A stretch of 64,000 nucleotides of DNA from Macrostomum lignano (taxonomy: Eukaryota): assembly GCA_002269645.1 (NCBI GenBank), contig NIVC01002269.1, positions 1 through 64,000 of the forward strand, given 5' to 3'. The position numbers were made by a program, and so were the translations under genes. Every line of letters begins with the position of its first letter. Positions within the stretch are counted from its first letter, which is position 1. The notes beneath the pieces were generated by a model that saw only the letters and a program-made list of their open reading frames with translations, did not search any database and was not told the DNA's origin. This document shows, in pieces, positions 37,376 through 50,400 of the stretch.

Positions 37376-39428
37376 ATTAAACGTCTTTCCGGCCGTGTCA
37401 CCTCCTCAGCTCGTAACATCATCATCATTTTCGACGGAAGACCGACCAAGACCGACGCGGAGGCGGCTAATCGGCTTAATAAACAGTTCACGCAGCCGCG
37501 TGCTCACTGTTCGAATCCAGCCATGCGCTTCGTCCGCCGCAAAGTTGCTGCACTCCCGCGCGAAGACCCTACCCTCCTGTATTTCTCCAAAGACAACCTG
37601 GTGCAGGCCATCAAACGCTCTAAGCCTTCGAAGGCTATCGGCCCTGACGGTATCTGTCCGCTAGTCATTAAACAGTTCGGCCCCAAAGCCATCGACGTGC
37701 TCCTCGGCCTGTTCAACCGTTCGCTGCACTACAATGAAATCCCCGCGGTTTGGAAGAAATCGCTGATCTGCCCATTAATCAAAAGTGGCAAACCTCCGGA
37801 TGACGGAGCCTCCTACCGCCCGATTTCGTTCCTCTCCCCGCTGGCTAAAATCTTTAAAAAACTCCTGCTGCCCCTGCTGACTGACGACCACCTTAAGCTC
37901 CCAGCTTGGCAGCACGGTTTCCGCCCAATGCACTCTACCACTACCGCATTGTGTCAGGTCGCCGAGCAGATCAGTACTGGTTTCTGCCAAGCCAAGCCCC
38001 CGGCGAGAACTGGCACTGCTGCTCTCGATCTGAAGGCTGCCTTTGATTGTGTGGACCACTGTGAGCTCATCACCGACGTCTTCAACTCCGACCTGCCGAA
38101 CCTCATCAAAGGCTGGCTCTGCAACTACCTTCTCGGTCGTCAAGCCCGCACAATACTGCGCGACTGCAAGTCCGCCTGGCGCCAAGTTTGTATGGGAGTG
38201 CCTCAAGGTAGCGCGATCAGCTCGCTTCTTTTCGCCTTCTACGAGCTACCTGAAGGACACCCCTACGCCGGATGACCCGAACTCCAGCCTTATCGGCTAT
38301 GCCGATGACCTTACAGCGGCTGCCTCTTCCGCGTCCATATCGCGCATCCAAGAGCAACTCAACGCCTACTTAACGCGCTTGGCGCCGTTCCTCCATGCCC
38401 GCAAGCTCAAGGTCTCGGCAGCAAAATGCACCACGACGCTCTTTACTCCGGACCAACGGGAGTACGCCAGGGCCCTCGAGGTCTACTTCGACGGTTCCAG
38501 ACTACTCCAGGCTCTCTATCCTAAAATCCTGGGCGTGATCTTTGATCCGAAGATGACGTTCAGCCGTCACGTCAAGGCCACTATCGAGAAGGCCCACAAA
38601 CGTAACAGCGTCCTCCGCTGCTTGGCGGGTAGCAGTTGGGGCAGCTGCAAGGAGCTGCTGCTCAACACTTACAAGGCCATTTCGCGCAGCATCCTCAACT
38701 ACGCTGCTCCTGTTTGGGGACCTGTCATCTCGTCCACCTCCTGGAACGGGCTCCAGTCGGTCCAAAACGCGGCCATTCGGTGCATCACCGGCTGCATCGT
38801 CAATACCTCTGTTGCCGACCTTCACTGCGAGACCCGGATGCTCGCGGTCCAGCAGCACAACAGGCTCCTGTCTCTCCAGTTCCTCCTGGCCTCTCGCCGT
38901 CCTGAGCACCCCTGCTACCACCTTTCCGCCTGACCGGCTCCTCGCCGGCGCATGAAGCCGTCCATTTTTACCGCACCATTCTTTGACGATTCCTGGCAGC
39001 CAGTCGACGCCCCGGCGGTCCTCGACGACGCGGCAGCCTGGGACAGGGCGAGGCGAGCTCAACACTCGCTCATCGTGCTCAATCACATCGACGGCCTACC
39101 TCCTAACCGCGTCGTCGGCCTTCGCCCCGACGTCTGCGATTCCGAGCGTTCTTTGCCGCGTCGGACCCGCTCTCTGCTCGCCCAGCTGCGCTCTGGCTTC
39201 AGTCCTATGCTTCTTAGTTACCAGCACCGGCTGAATCCTGAGACGCCTCCAAGCTGTCCTGAGTGCGACGCGGCCACGCATGATTGCCTGCATCTTTTTA
39301 ATTGCCCGGCTCACCCCACCGAGTTGGTGCCCTCTGACCTGTGGCGCAACCCTGTTGAAGTCGCTGAGTTCCTGTCGCTGCCTGTCCAGCGCGACCCTGG
39401 CGAGGGTTAAAAACAACAACAACAACAA
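37376..39428 (+). mobile_element. 5'-truncated, inactivated non-LTR retrotransposon (RT plus C-terminal Zn knuckle, no RNase H; I-group/Ingi-Vingi-like)
   Basis: Frame open from 37376 (IKRLSG...NKQFT). RT motifs GPDGI, YRPISFLSP, QHGFRP, LDLKAAFD, GVPQGS, YADD, ILGV. A 7-bp insertion at 38243-38249 shifts the frame; in-frame TGA at 38931. C-terminus LAQLRSG...CPEC...HLFNCP...DLW; stop at 39410 followed directly by (CAA)n. No endonuclease domain and no TSD seen. Confidence 0.92.
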
Positions 39429-39429
39429 C

Positions 39430-39765
39430 AAACCCCCAGCTTCATCACAAAACCTCAGCTTCATCACAAACCCTAAGCTTCATCACAAACCCTAAACTTC
39501 ATCACGAACCCTCAAACTCATTACAAACCCTAAACTTCATCACAAACCACAGCTTCATCACAAACCCCCAGCTTCATCACAAACCCTAAGCTTCATCACA
39601 AACCCTAAGCTTCATCACAAACCCTAAGCTTCATCACAAACCACAGCTTCATCACAAACCCTAAGCTTCATCACAAACCCTAAACTTCATCACAAACCCT
39701 AAGCTTCATCACAAACCCTAAACTTCATCACAAACCCTAAGCTTTATCACAAACCCTAAACTTCA
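39430..39765. repeat. 19-bp minisatellite containing AACCCTAA
   Basis: Unit CTTCATCACAAACCCTAAG, ~17 copies, abutting the LINE tail. Confidence 0.92.
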
Positions 39766-40562
39766 TAAATTGTAAACTGTGAGACTGAATTTAGCCTAAA
39801 AAGATAAATATAAAAATCGAAAGCTGAAAAACAAATGTTGTTAAGTCACGAATAGGTCAAACAACACAAATAATTAACTATATGATATGGGATCAGTAAT
39901 ATATGCTTATATATTTATTTACAGAACATAATTTATTTACACTTTGCTGCTCAAACGCTAACACACTTCGCCATGACTAGATCAGAAAACATGCATAATC
40001 AGATTTCTAATATGATGACCAAACACAGTTGAAAAAGCTGTTTTTAAGATTCCAATTATTGAGTTCCACTCCAATTGTAAGGCTAAAATGAAAATATAAT
40101 AATTGTTTTATCAATAAGAGTCGCAATTCATAGTGAAATATGAAAAATGGAGGCAAATTTTATAACACAAACCCGACAGACGCCAGAGCGGCACTGCAAG
40201 TATTAATAGATTTTTGTTGAGATGCATCCAATTGCTTGTTCGTTCGGCGGGAGAGACTGACATGGCTGAGACTGGATAGACAGGTGTTTTAACCCCGATA
40301 AAAATGATTGTCTGAGACTGAACACTGGCATAGATTTTTAACTCATTTATTGTCCACAAAATTATTGTTACAGGGTAATGAACATTGCAAGTAATGAGTA
40401 CAAAACAATACAAAAGGTTTAATAGTAATAATAATTATAATACAATAAAATATAAACTGTGTACTTCGAAAAGCGTGCAAATAAAATTGTAAACAGTAGG
40501 AATACTTTAAGATTTTTTGCAGGGGGCGGCTAGCTCCCTTTTAATTTAAGATGTCTTAAAAA

Positions 40563-40680
40563 TACGAGGGCTGTCCCAACAGTGTTACTCTTCATTATAT
40601 CTCTCGTTCCGATGATCCTAATAACATCATTTTGCACAAATTTATAGCGGCAACATTCTTCCTCATATTAATTTTAACAT
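40563..40680 (+). mobile_element. Possible solo Tc1/mariner terminal fragment
   Basis: TACGAGGGCTGTCCC resembles mariner TIR starts; no partner TIR found. Confidence 0.3.
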
Positions 40681-41454
40681 CTTCAAAAACAGACAATGGG
40701 GGTTGTCTGGAAGTGAGAATTCATGGTAATAGCCATAGACACGAGCGGCGATAGCCACGATTGTCAATTTGGCCATTACCATGTTTTCTCACTTCCAGCT
40801 AACTTCATTCATTGGTGAATTACCATAGCCCCCACTTACAACCATAGACTATTTTATCTTACGCTCATAGACTCGTTCGTTTTCTAAAATGATATCCCGC
40901 TAAATTGCTTTATTGTCAATTTCAAACAAATGACCGGTCATTTCTTGAATGTCATTGCCTTAACGTAAATTACCATAGACATTTTGAACAATGGAAACAA
41001 AAGTTTATGAGCAAAAATTTAGCAGGAGTTCGACCACAGGCAAACAAATAACAAATAACTTTTGTTCCGATTGTCTGTGTTTGAAGATGTTAAAGTTAGT
41101 ATGAAGAAGAGAATTGCCGCTATATATTTGTGCGCCCAAAAGTATGAATTATTTCTTTGCTCGTTAATCCTACTGTTAATAACAATAACAAGCCAGTTAA
41201 TTATGTCAAGCTTCGATGCAACAAGAATCTGCGTATTTTGTAAATAAAAATATACAAATATAAACGCACGATATGAGCTGTACACAGCTGCCTCAGCTCT
41301 GCAAGTTAAAAAATTAGAATACTATATATGCAGAGTTCTTATAGCTAGCAAATTACACGCGCACAAACTGTGTGATAGCTCTGATCTGTACCAATTTATA
41401 TCTGATCCATTATGTACATTATGTATGTATATGTAAGCAACTGACTAGCAAGAA

Positions 41455-44400
41455 TCAATCGTAGCCACTTTGCTGACTTGGCGGCGCAGCCTGGCCCATT
41501 AGCATGGCTCCCATTGGCAAACAGGAGAATAACGAAGCTGCCGTAGGTTGAATCATGCCGCCGCCGCTGCCGCTAGCAACAGCACCGGATGCGCTGCCGT
41601 AACTTGCAGTAGCACCCATTGATGCCGGCTGGGCGCTTAAATCTGGCATCGGACCTTCCAGCCACTGCAACACGATTTTTATAGATACTAAGATTTTCTC
41701 ATTAAAACTTTGCATAGCCATATTCGCTGCTTGGCTACTCATAGTAGGCTAAATGAATGTAAACAATGAAGTTTAGATGAAATAAGAAAATTTTCGATAG
41801 TCAAGATTGAGAGACAGTCATTCTGTTTTAGAAAATAGATAGAAGTAGTAGAACTATACTTTCAGAATACTACCGGTTTTCACACAGGAAGGTCTTACTT
41901 CCGGTTGTCAGAAGGAAGGCCCTACTTCCGGTTGTCAGACCGAAAAGTCCTATTTCCGGTTGTAAGAATGAAAGGCCCTATTTCCGGTCGCCACACTGAA
42001 AGGTCCTATTTCCGGTTGTCACATCAAAAGGTCCTACGCCGGTTATCAGACTGAAAGGTGCTACTTTCGGTTGTCAGACTGAAAGGTCCTGCTTCTGGTT
42101 GTCACATTGAAAGGTGTTACTTCCGGTTGTTAAAATGAAAGCCCCTAATTCTAGTTGTCACACCAAAAGGTGCTACTTCCGGTTGTTAGAATGAGATGCC
42201 CTACTCCAGTTGTTAGAATGATAGGCCCTACTTCCGGTTGTCAGATAGAAAGGCCCCACTTCCGTTTGTCAGACCGAAAGGCCGTATTTCCGGTTGTCAG
42301 ATTGAAAGGCTCCACTTCAGGTTGTCAGACAGAAAGGCCCCGCTTCCGGTTGTCAAAATGAAAGGCCCTACTTCTGATTGTCACACTGAAAGGTCCTACT
42401 TTTGGTTGCCATACTGAAAGGTCATACTTCCGGTTGTCACACTGTAAGTGCCACTTCCGGTTGTCAGACAGAAAGGCCCCGCTTCCGGTTGTCAAAATGA
42501 AAGGCCCTACTTCTGATTGTCAGACTGAAAGGTCCTACTTCCGGTTGTCACACTGAAAGGTCCTACTTTTGGTTGTCAGACTGAAAGGTTCTACTTCCGG
42601 TCGTAAGTCTAAAAGGTGTTTCCGGTTGTCACACTGAAAGGCTCTACTACTGGTTGTCAAATTCGGAGACCCTACTATTGTTCTGCAGATAGTAAATAAA
42701 TTAAAAACATGCACTCACGTAAACAAGTTGATGCTCAGGCTGGGCGGTGGCCATCTCAATGCTGACCTGATACTTGTGCAACAGTGCTGAGCACTGCTGA
42801 GCGCAGCTGGCCTCCAGCACAGAGTTACCCTCGGCTCTGTACAAATCGCGCATCAATGTGCTGGCCCACAATTGAACAGCTTCGTCGGGCATTTGATCGG
42901 CAAGCTGCACTGCCGTGTCGACTACATTTTTAACCTCATCGTATTGGCCAGTGGCAAAGTGAATCTGGCCGAGAACAATTAGCGAACAGGTGAGCATGCG
43001 CTTCAGGTTCTCCATGTTGGCCAGTTTCAAGCACTCGCGGATGTACACTCTGCAAGTCGATTTCGGGTGGTGCTTTTCTGGCTAGGTCTTTGTAGTTAAA
43101 TTATACAAATTATATTAAAGGAGAGAATTGAAGCACGAAGATCTTGGAGGCTGGCCCAGCAACCGAGGATCTGGGAGGCTGGCCCAGCAACTGAGGATCT
43201 GGGAAGATGGTGGTCAGCAACTGAGGATCTGGGAAGATGGTGGTCAGCAACTGAGGATCTGGGAAGATGGTGGTCAGCAACTGAGGATCTGGGAAGATGG
43301 TGGTCAGCAACTGAGGATCTGGGAAGATGGTGGTCAGCAACTGAGGATCTGGGAAGATGGTGGTCAGCAACTGAGGATCTGGGAAGATGGTGGTCAGCAA
43401 CTGAGGATCTGGGAAGATGGTGGTCAGCAACTGAGGATCTGGGAAGATGGTGGTCAGCAACTGAGGATCTGGGAAGATGGTGGTCAGCAACTGAGGATCT
43501 GGGAAGATGGTGGTCAGCAACTGAGGATCTGGGAAGATGGTGGTCAGCAACTGAGGATCTGGGAAGATGGTGGTCAGCAACTGAGGATCTGGGAGGCTGG
43601 CCCAGCAACTGATACTCTGGGAGGCTGGCCCAGCAACTGAGGATCTGGGAGGCTGGCCCAGCAACTGAGGATCTGGGAGGCTGGCCCAGCAACTGAGGAT
43701 TTGGGAAGCTGGCCCCAGCAACTGAGGTTCTGGGAGGCTGGCCCAGCAACTGAGGATCTGGGAGGCTGGCCCAGCAACTGAGGATCTGGGAGGCTGGCCC
43801 AGCAACTGAGGATCTGGGAGGCTGGCCCAGCAACTGAGGATCTGGGAGGCTGGCCCAGCAACTGAGGATCTGGGATGCTGGCCCAGCAACTGAGGATCTG
43901 GAAGGCTGGCCAAGCAACTGAGGATCTGGGAAGATGGTGGTGGTGGCCCAGCAACTGACACTCTGGGAGGCTGGCCCAGCAACTGACACTCTGGGAGGCT
44001 GGCCCAGCAACTGAGGATCTGGGAAGATGGTGGTGGTGGCCCAGCAACTGACACTCTGGGAGGCTGGCCCAGCAACTGAGGATCTGGGAGGCTGGCCTAG
44101 CAACTGACACTCTGGGAGATGGCACAGCAACTGAGGCTCTGGGAAGATAGAGGCTTGGCCGAACTCACTTGGCCTGGCCGAAGTCGCCTAGCATAAAGGC
44201 CAGCAGGCCCCGAACCCAGTGCCCGGCAGCCCTGAGTCCGTGCGGCGGATCCGGGTGCCGGAATTCGTCCAGCACGGATCGGCAATCGTTCAATCGATTC
44301 TGCCTGAGCATGAGCAGGGCCAGGTTAAGTTGAACCAGGTGCAACAGATCTGAGCGAGGCCGCTCGGCCAGGGCCCGCCTGAACTGGCTCTCAGCGGCGC

Positions 44401-47400
44401 CGAGGCAGTTGGTGCACATGCTGTACAGGGCTAGCATCGAGCGCGTGTGTGCCGCACGACCGCGCACCGGACACAACTCGGACAGCCGGACACAAGCGGC
44501 CAGATCGGATAGGGCACCCGGACGGTCGCCAGACACTAATCGGCATTGGAACAGTTGCTCCTGGTTGATGCGTGGTGGGGGAGCATCCGGATTGTGAATT
44601 AATGATAGGGGTCAGTCTAATGACTGTCAAAGGCCATTCTACTGACTGTCAAAAGCCATCATTCTAATGACTGTCAAAGACGATTTTAATGACTGTCAAA
44701 GGCAATTCTAATGACTGTCAATGACGATTCTAATGACTGTCAAAGGCCATTCTAATGACTGTCAAAGACGATTTTAATGACTGTCAAAGGCAATTCTAAT
44801 GACTGTCAATGACGATTCTAATGACTGTCAAAGGCCAATCTAATAACTGTCAAAGGCCATTCTAATGACTGTCAAAGACCATTCTAATGACTGTCAAAGG
44901 CAATTCTAATAACTGTCAAAGTGCAATTTTAATGACTGTCAAAGGCAGTTCTAATGACTGTCAAAAGCCATCATTCTAATGACTGTCAAAGGCGATTCTA
45001 ATGACTGTCAAAGGCTATTATAATGACTGTCAAAGGCTATTCTAATGACTGTCAAAGGCCATTCTAATGACTGTCAAAGGCCATTCTAATGACTGTCAAA
45101 GGCGATTCTAATGACTGTCAAAGGCTATTATAATGACTGTCAAAGGCTATTCTAATGACTGTCAAAGGCCATTCTAATGACTGTCAAAGGCAATTCTAAT
45201 AACTGTCAAAGTGCAATTTTAATGACTGTCAAGGGCAGTTCTAATGACTGTCAAAAGCCATCATTCTAATGACTGTCAAAGGCGATTCTAATGACTGTCA
45301 AAGGCTATTATAATGACTGTCAAAGGCTATTATAATGACTGTCAAAGGCTATTATAATGACTGTCAAAGTGCAATTCTAATGACTGTCAAAGGCCATCAT
45401 TCTAAGGACTGTCAAAGGCGATTCTAATGATTGTCAAAAGCCATTCTAATAACTGTCAAAGGCCATTCTAATGACTGTCAAAGACGATTTTAATGACTGT
45501 CAAACGGAGATTCTAAGGGAAAAGCTAGTCACATTTTAGATAATAGGGGGCAGCTCACCTGAATGCACAGCTGCAGCGCTAGAAATAGTCTGTTACTAAT
45601 ATTATTATTCAGACTGGTAGTTGCGCCTCCAGTTCCGTCTGAAACTGCGCGCAGCTTCTCAAGCTGCATCAGGGCTTTGTCGGCGTAGCGTCGAACCTGC
45701 GTTGAGAAAAGCGCAAGCACGTGGGTTGAGAAACAGTTTAATACCATGTAGTTTGATTCTTTCAAAAATAAAATTTTAATCCAGGTCAACTGACTACAAT
45801 GCTTTAAGTTAAGTAGAGTTGGTAGCGGTTAGTACACAGATAATCCAGAGGTGCGGATCATGACGGTCAAGACCGAGGGGGGATCCTGTCGGTCAAAACC
45901 CAGGGGTGGGTGATCCTGACGGTCAAGACCCTGGGGAGGGATCCTGTCGGTCAAAACCCAGGGGTGGGGGATCCTGACGGTCAAGACCCAGGGGTGGGGG
46001 ATCCTGACGGTCAAGATCCAGGAGTGGGGGATCCTGACGGTCAAGACCCTGGGGAGGGAGCCTGACGGTCAAGACCCAGGGGAGGGAGCCTGACGGTCAA
46101 GACCCAGGGGTGGGGGGATCCTGACGGTCAAGACCCAGGGGTCGGGGATCCTGACGGTCAAGACCCAGGGGTCGGGGATCCTGACGGTCAAGACCCAGGG
46201 GAGGGAGCCTGACGGTCAAGACCCAGGGGTCGGGGATCCTGACGGTCAAGACCCAGGGGAGGGAGCCTGACGGTCAAGACCCAGGGGTCGGGGATCCTGA
46301 CGGTCAAGACCGAGGGGGGATCCTGTCGGTCAAAACCCAGGGGTGGGGGATCCTGACGGTCAAGACCCAGGGGTGGGGGATCCTGACGGTCAAGATCCAG
46401 GAGTGGGGGATCCTGACGGTCAAGACCCAGGAGTGGGAGCCTGACGGTCATGACCCAGGGGTGGGGGGATCCTGACGGTCAAGACCCAGGGGTCGGGGAT
46501 CCTGACGGTCAAGACCCAGGGGAGGGAGCCTGACGGTCAAGACCCAGGGGAGGGAGCCTGACGGTCAAGACCAAGGGGAGGGAGCCTGACAGTCAAGACC
46601 CAGGGGAGGGAGCCTGACAGTCAAGACCCAGGGGAGGGAGCCTGACAGTCAAGACCCAGGGAGGGAACCTGACGGTCAAGACCCAGGGAGGGAGCCTGAC
46701 GGTCAAGACTTAGGGGAGGGAGCCTGACGGTCAAGACCCAGGGGGCGGATCCTGACGGTCAAGGGCAAAAGGGGGACAAGGGGTCAAGAAACAGAGGGGC
46801 ACAAGGGGTCAAGAAACAGAGGGGGACAAGGGGTCAAGAAACAGAGGGGCACAAGGGGTCAAGAAACAGAGGGGGACAAGGGGTCAAGAAACAGAGGGGC
46901 ACAAGGGGTCAAGAAACAGAGGGGGACAAGGGGTCAAGAAACAGAGAGGGACAAGGGGTCAAGAAACAGAGGGGGACAAGGGGTCAAGAAACAGAGGGGG
47001 ACAAGGGGTCAAGAAAAAGAGGGGGACAAGGGGTCAAGAAACAGAGGGGGACAAGGGATCAAGAAACAGAGGGGGACAAGGGGTCAAGAAAAAGAGGGGG
47101 ACAAGGGGTCAAGAAACAGAGAGGGACAAGGGGTCAAGACCTAAAGAGGGGGGGGGGGCAGATCCGAGGGCTCAAGACCTCAAAAAGATGATGTAAAACA
47201 CCATACACTTCCATCGCTAACCTTATCGTAAGTGGCCTCCTGCATGCAGTGGAGCAGAGTGAGCAGATAGGTGAGCACAGACAGCTGCTCCCTGCTAAGC
47301 CACTCCAGCTGGCCTAGAGCTTCCAGTTCTTCGGACAATTCCAAACCGGAAGACCCATCGGCCGCGGCGGAAACAGACGCGTAACCGGAAGTTGAAGCGG

Positions 47401-50400
47401 TCGACGAGCCGGAAGCGGCTGCGGCGACGGCAGCGGCCTCTTCTTGCATAGCCGAATAAGACTGCACAGAGCGTTGCAGCTGGCGCAGGATTGGGCGAGC
47501 CTGTTTGGCCTGGCCAGCCACCAGACTGTTCAACACCTGGACAGGTGGTGGGCATTTTAAAACGTTAAAGAAACCCAGAATCACGCCAGTCTGAGCTGTC
47601 ACATCTCACCTCGTTCAGATCCCATCTCAGAATCACGCCAGTCTGAGCTGTCACATCTCACCTCGTTCAGATCCCATCTCAGAATCACGCCAGTCTGAGC
47701 TGTCACATCTCACCTCGTTCAGATCCCATCTAAGAATCACGCCAGTCTGAGCTGTCACATCTCACCTCGTTCAGATCCCATCTCAGAATCACGCCAGTCT
47801 GAGCTGTCACATCTCACCTCGTTCAGATCCCATCTAAGAATCACGTCAGGCTGAACTGTCACATCTCACCTCGTTCAGATCCCATCTCAGAATCACGTCA
47901 GGCTGAACTGTCACATCTCAACTCGTTCAGATCCCATCTCAGAATCACGTCAGGCTGAACTGTCACATCTCACCTCGTTCAGATCCCATCTCAGAATCAC
48001 GCCAGTCTGAGCTGTCACATCTCATCTCGCTCAGATCCCATCTCAGAATAGAAATCCCCACTTCCTAAATCCCTTAAACAGATCCCTATCCAAAACCCAT
48101 AAACTCCATAAATCATGGAGACAGATGACAACTGAACGCAAGCAGAGAATACCAATTAAACCCAACAGCTACCTCTACTACACACATATCGCACCTGAAT
48201 GAGTAAAGAGAAAGTTCTCAACGCCTCCTGTCGTCGCGGATGCGGCATCTGGTCCACCAGCTTGGAAGCCACAGTCAGGGTGTTGTGCACCTCGGCCAGC
48301 TGCCTGTTGGCCAGCAGCGGCACGCACTTGGCCAGCAGGAAGAGGCCCCTGGCGTATTCGCTGCCGTGCTGTTGCGCGTATTGCGAACCGAGCGCCAATA
48401 GCTCGCAGGCCCGCGAGGAATCCGATGAGCTGAGGCACTGCGCCTGCTTGAGTAGGAAGCGGCCGTACCTGCGGTGGCAAATGCATTGGGATACAGTTAG
48501 AGTAGCCATGATTGCGTATGCACTGACATTTAGTTGCTATGACCATCTATGAACTGACATTTAGTTGCTATGACCATCTATGCACTGACATTTAGTTGCT
48601 ATGACCATCCATGCAACTGACATTTAGTTGCTGTGACCATCTATACACTGACATTTAGTTGCTATGACCATCTATACACTGACATTTAGTTGCTATGACC
48701 ATATATGCACTGACATTTAGTTGCTGTGACCATTTATGCACTGACATTTAGTTGCTGTGACCATATATGGTGACCATATATGGACTGACATTTAGTTGCT
48801 ATGACCATATATGGACTGACATTTAGTTGCTATGACCATATATGGACTGACATTTAGTTGCTATGACCATATATGGACTGACATTTAGTTGCTATGACCA
48901 TATATGGACTGACATTTAGTTGCTGTGACCATATATGGACTGACATTTAGTTGCTATGACCATATATGGACTGACATTTAGTTGCTATGACCATATATGC
49001 ACTGACATTTAGTTGCTATGACCATATATGGAGAGAAATTTCACTGCTAAGACTGGAATTAATATTAGCTGGCACTGAAATTGTCTTTTAAGTGATATTA
49101 GGCGGAAAGAAACTGTCTACGGAGTGACTTGGCGAAAGCGACTGTCTATGGAGTGATTTTTGGTGAAAGAGACTCTCAAAAAGTTTATCAGTTATCACCT
49201 CAGCGCAACACATCAAGGTCAAGTCACACTGAAACTCACCATTCAGGCAGGTGCTGGCTAAGTCTAGCAGCCTCTTCAAGCAGCTGCGGCAGTCGAAACG
49301 CCCCGCTAAGCTGCTCATTGCTTGAGTACAAATCTGACAGCAGATCAGCGGCGTGAAGGCAAGCGGCTAACAAGTCGGCTACGTCAGTTGAGCCAGTAGC
49401 AAAGAGAGAGCGCAGCTTCCAGGCGGCCTCCAGATGCTGGGCCGCCTTGTCCTGACAGGATCGGGCGGCGTGCTGCATCAGCAGGCGACCAATCTGTAGG
49501 TTGGTCCTGTCAAGGTTGACCCGGGGGGGGATTGTGCACTAAATCAACTATCGCGATACGCGCTCATACAATCGCTCACACGAGAGAGCGACCCTGATAT
49601 ATAGCTTTCTAATCGTCAAGGCATGTACATCCTCTGCGTCTTGGGGTTGGCCCAAGGACAACTCAAAGAAGGACGGGAAACTACGTTTCTTAGAAAAAGT
49701 AACGGAGGCTGGTTTTCGCGGAAAAAAGTATAAGGACGGGAAACTACGTTTCTTAGAAAAAGTAACGAAGGCTGGTTTTCGCGGAAAAAAAAGTATAAGG
49801 ACGGGAAACTACGTTTCTTAGAAAAAGCTGAGGCTGGTTTTCGCGGAAAAAAAAGTAGGACGGGAAACTACGTTTCTTAGAAAAAGTAACGGAGGCTGGT
49901 TTTCGCGGAAAAAAGTAGCATGGGAAACTACGTTTCTTAGAAAAAGTAACGGAGGCTGGTTTTCGCGGAAAAAAGTATAAGGACAGGAAATTACGTTTCT
50001 TAGAAAAAAGTTAAGAAGGCTGGTTTTCGCCGAAAAATACACTACAGAGATGGGAACTTTTCACTTTTCATATTAAAAATATGAAAGGCAGATCCAATGT
50101 TCATATTTGATATGTTGTGCTTTTCTTATAGCTCTATTATTATTTAATAAAGGTTTTCGTTCAGAAAATTAGGGTTCTAAGTCATTTTTTTATTTACAGC
50201 TCGACTCTTTGGTTTCAGGAATCTACTTTATCATCTGTTACACATATTTGTTACACAGTCAGCTAAGAATGATAAAATAGATTTATAAAGATGAACATTA
50301 TGTCTGCCTCCTATCCAAAGCAATAAGAATTTTAATGTTTAAAAATTGAAAAGCTCCTATCTCCGTAGTGTATTTTTCGGCGAAAACCAGCCTCCTTAAC

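Noticed and set aside
43096-44130. Proline-rich 320-344-aa ORFs within MAU2
   Set aside because: Products of the intron 6 array; MAU2 homology jumps cleanly from exon 6 to exon 7.
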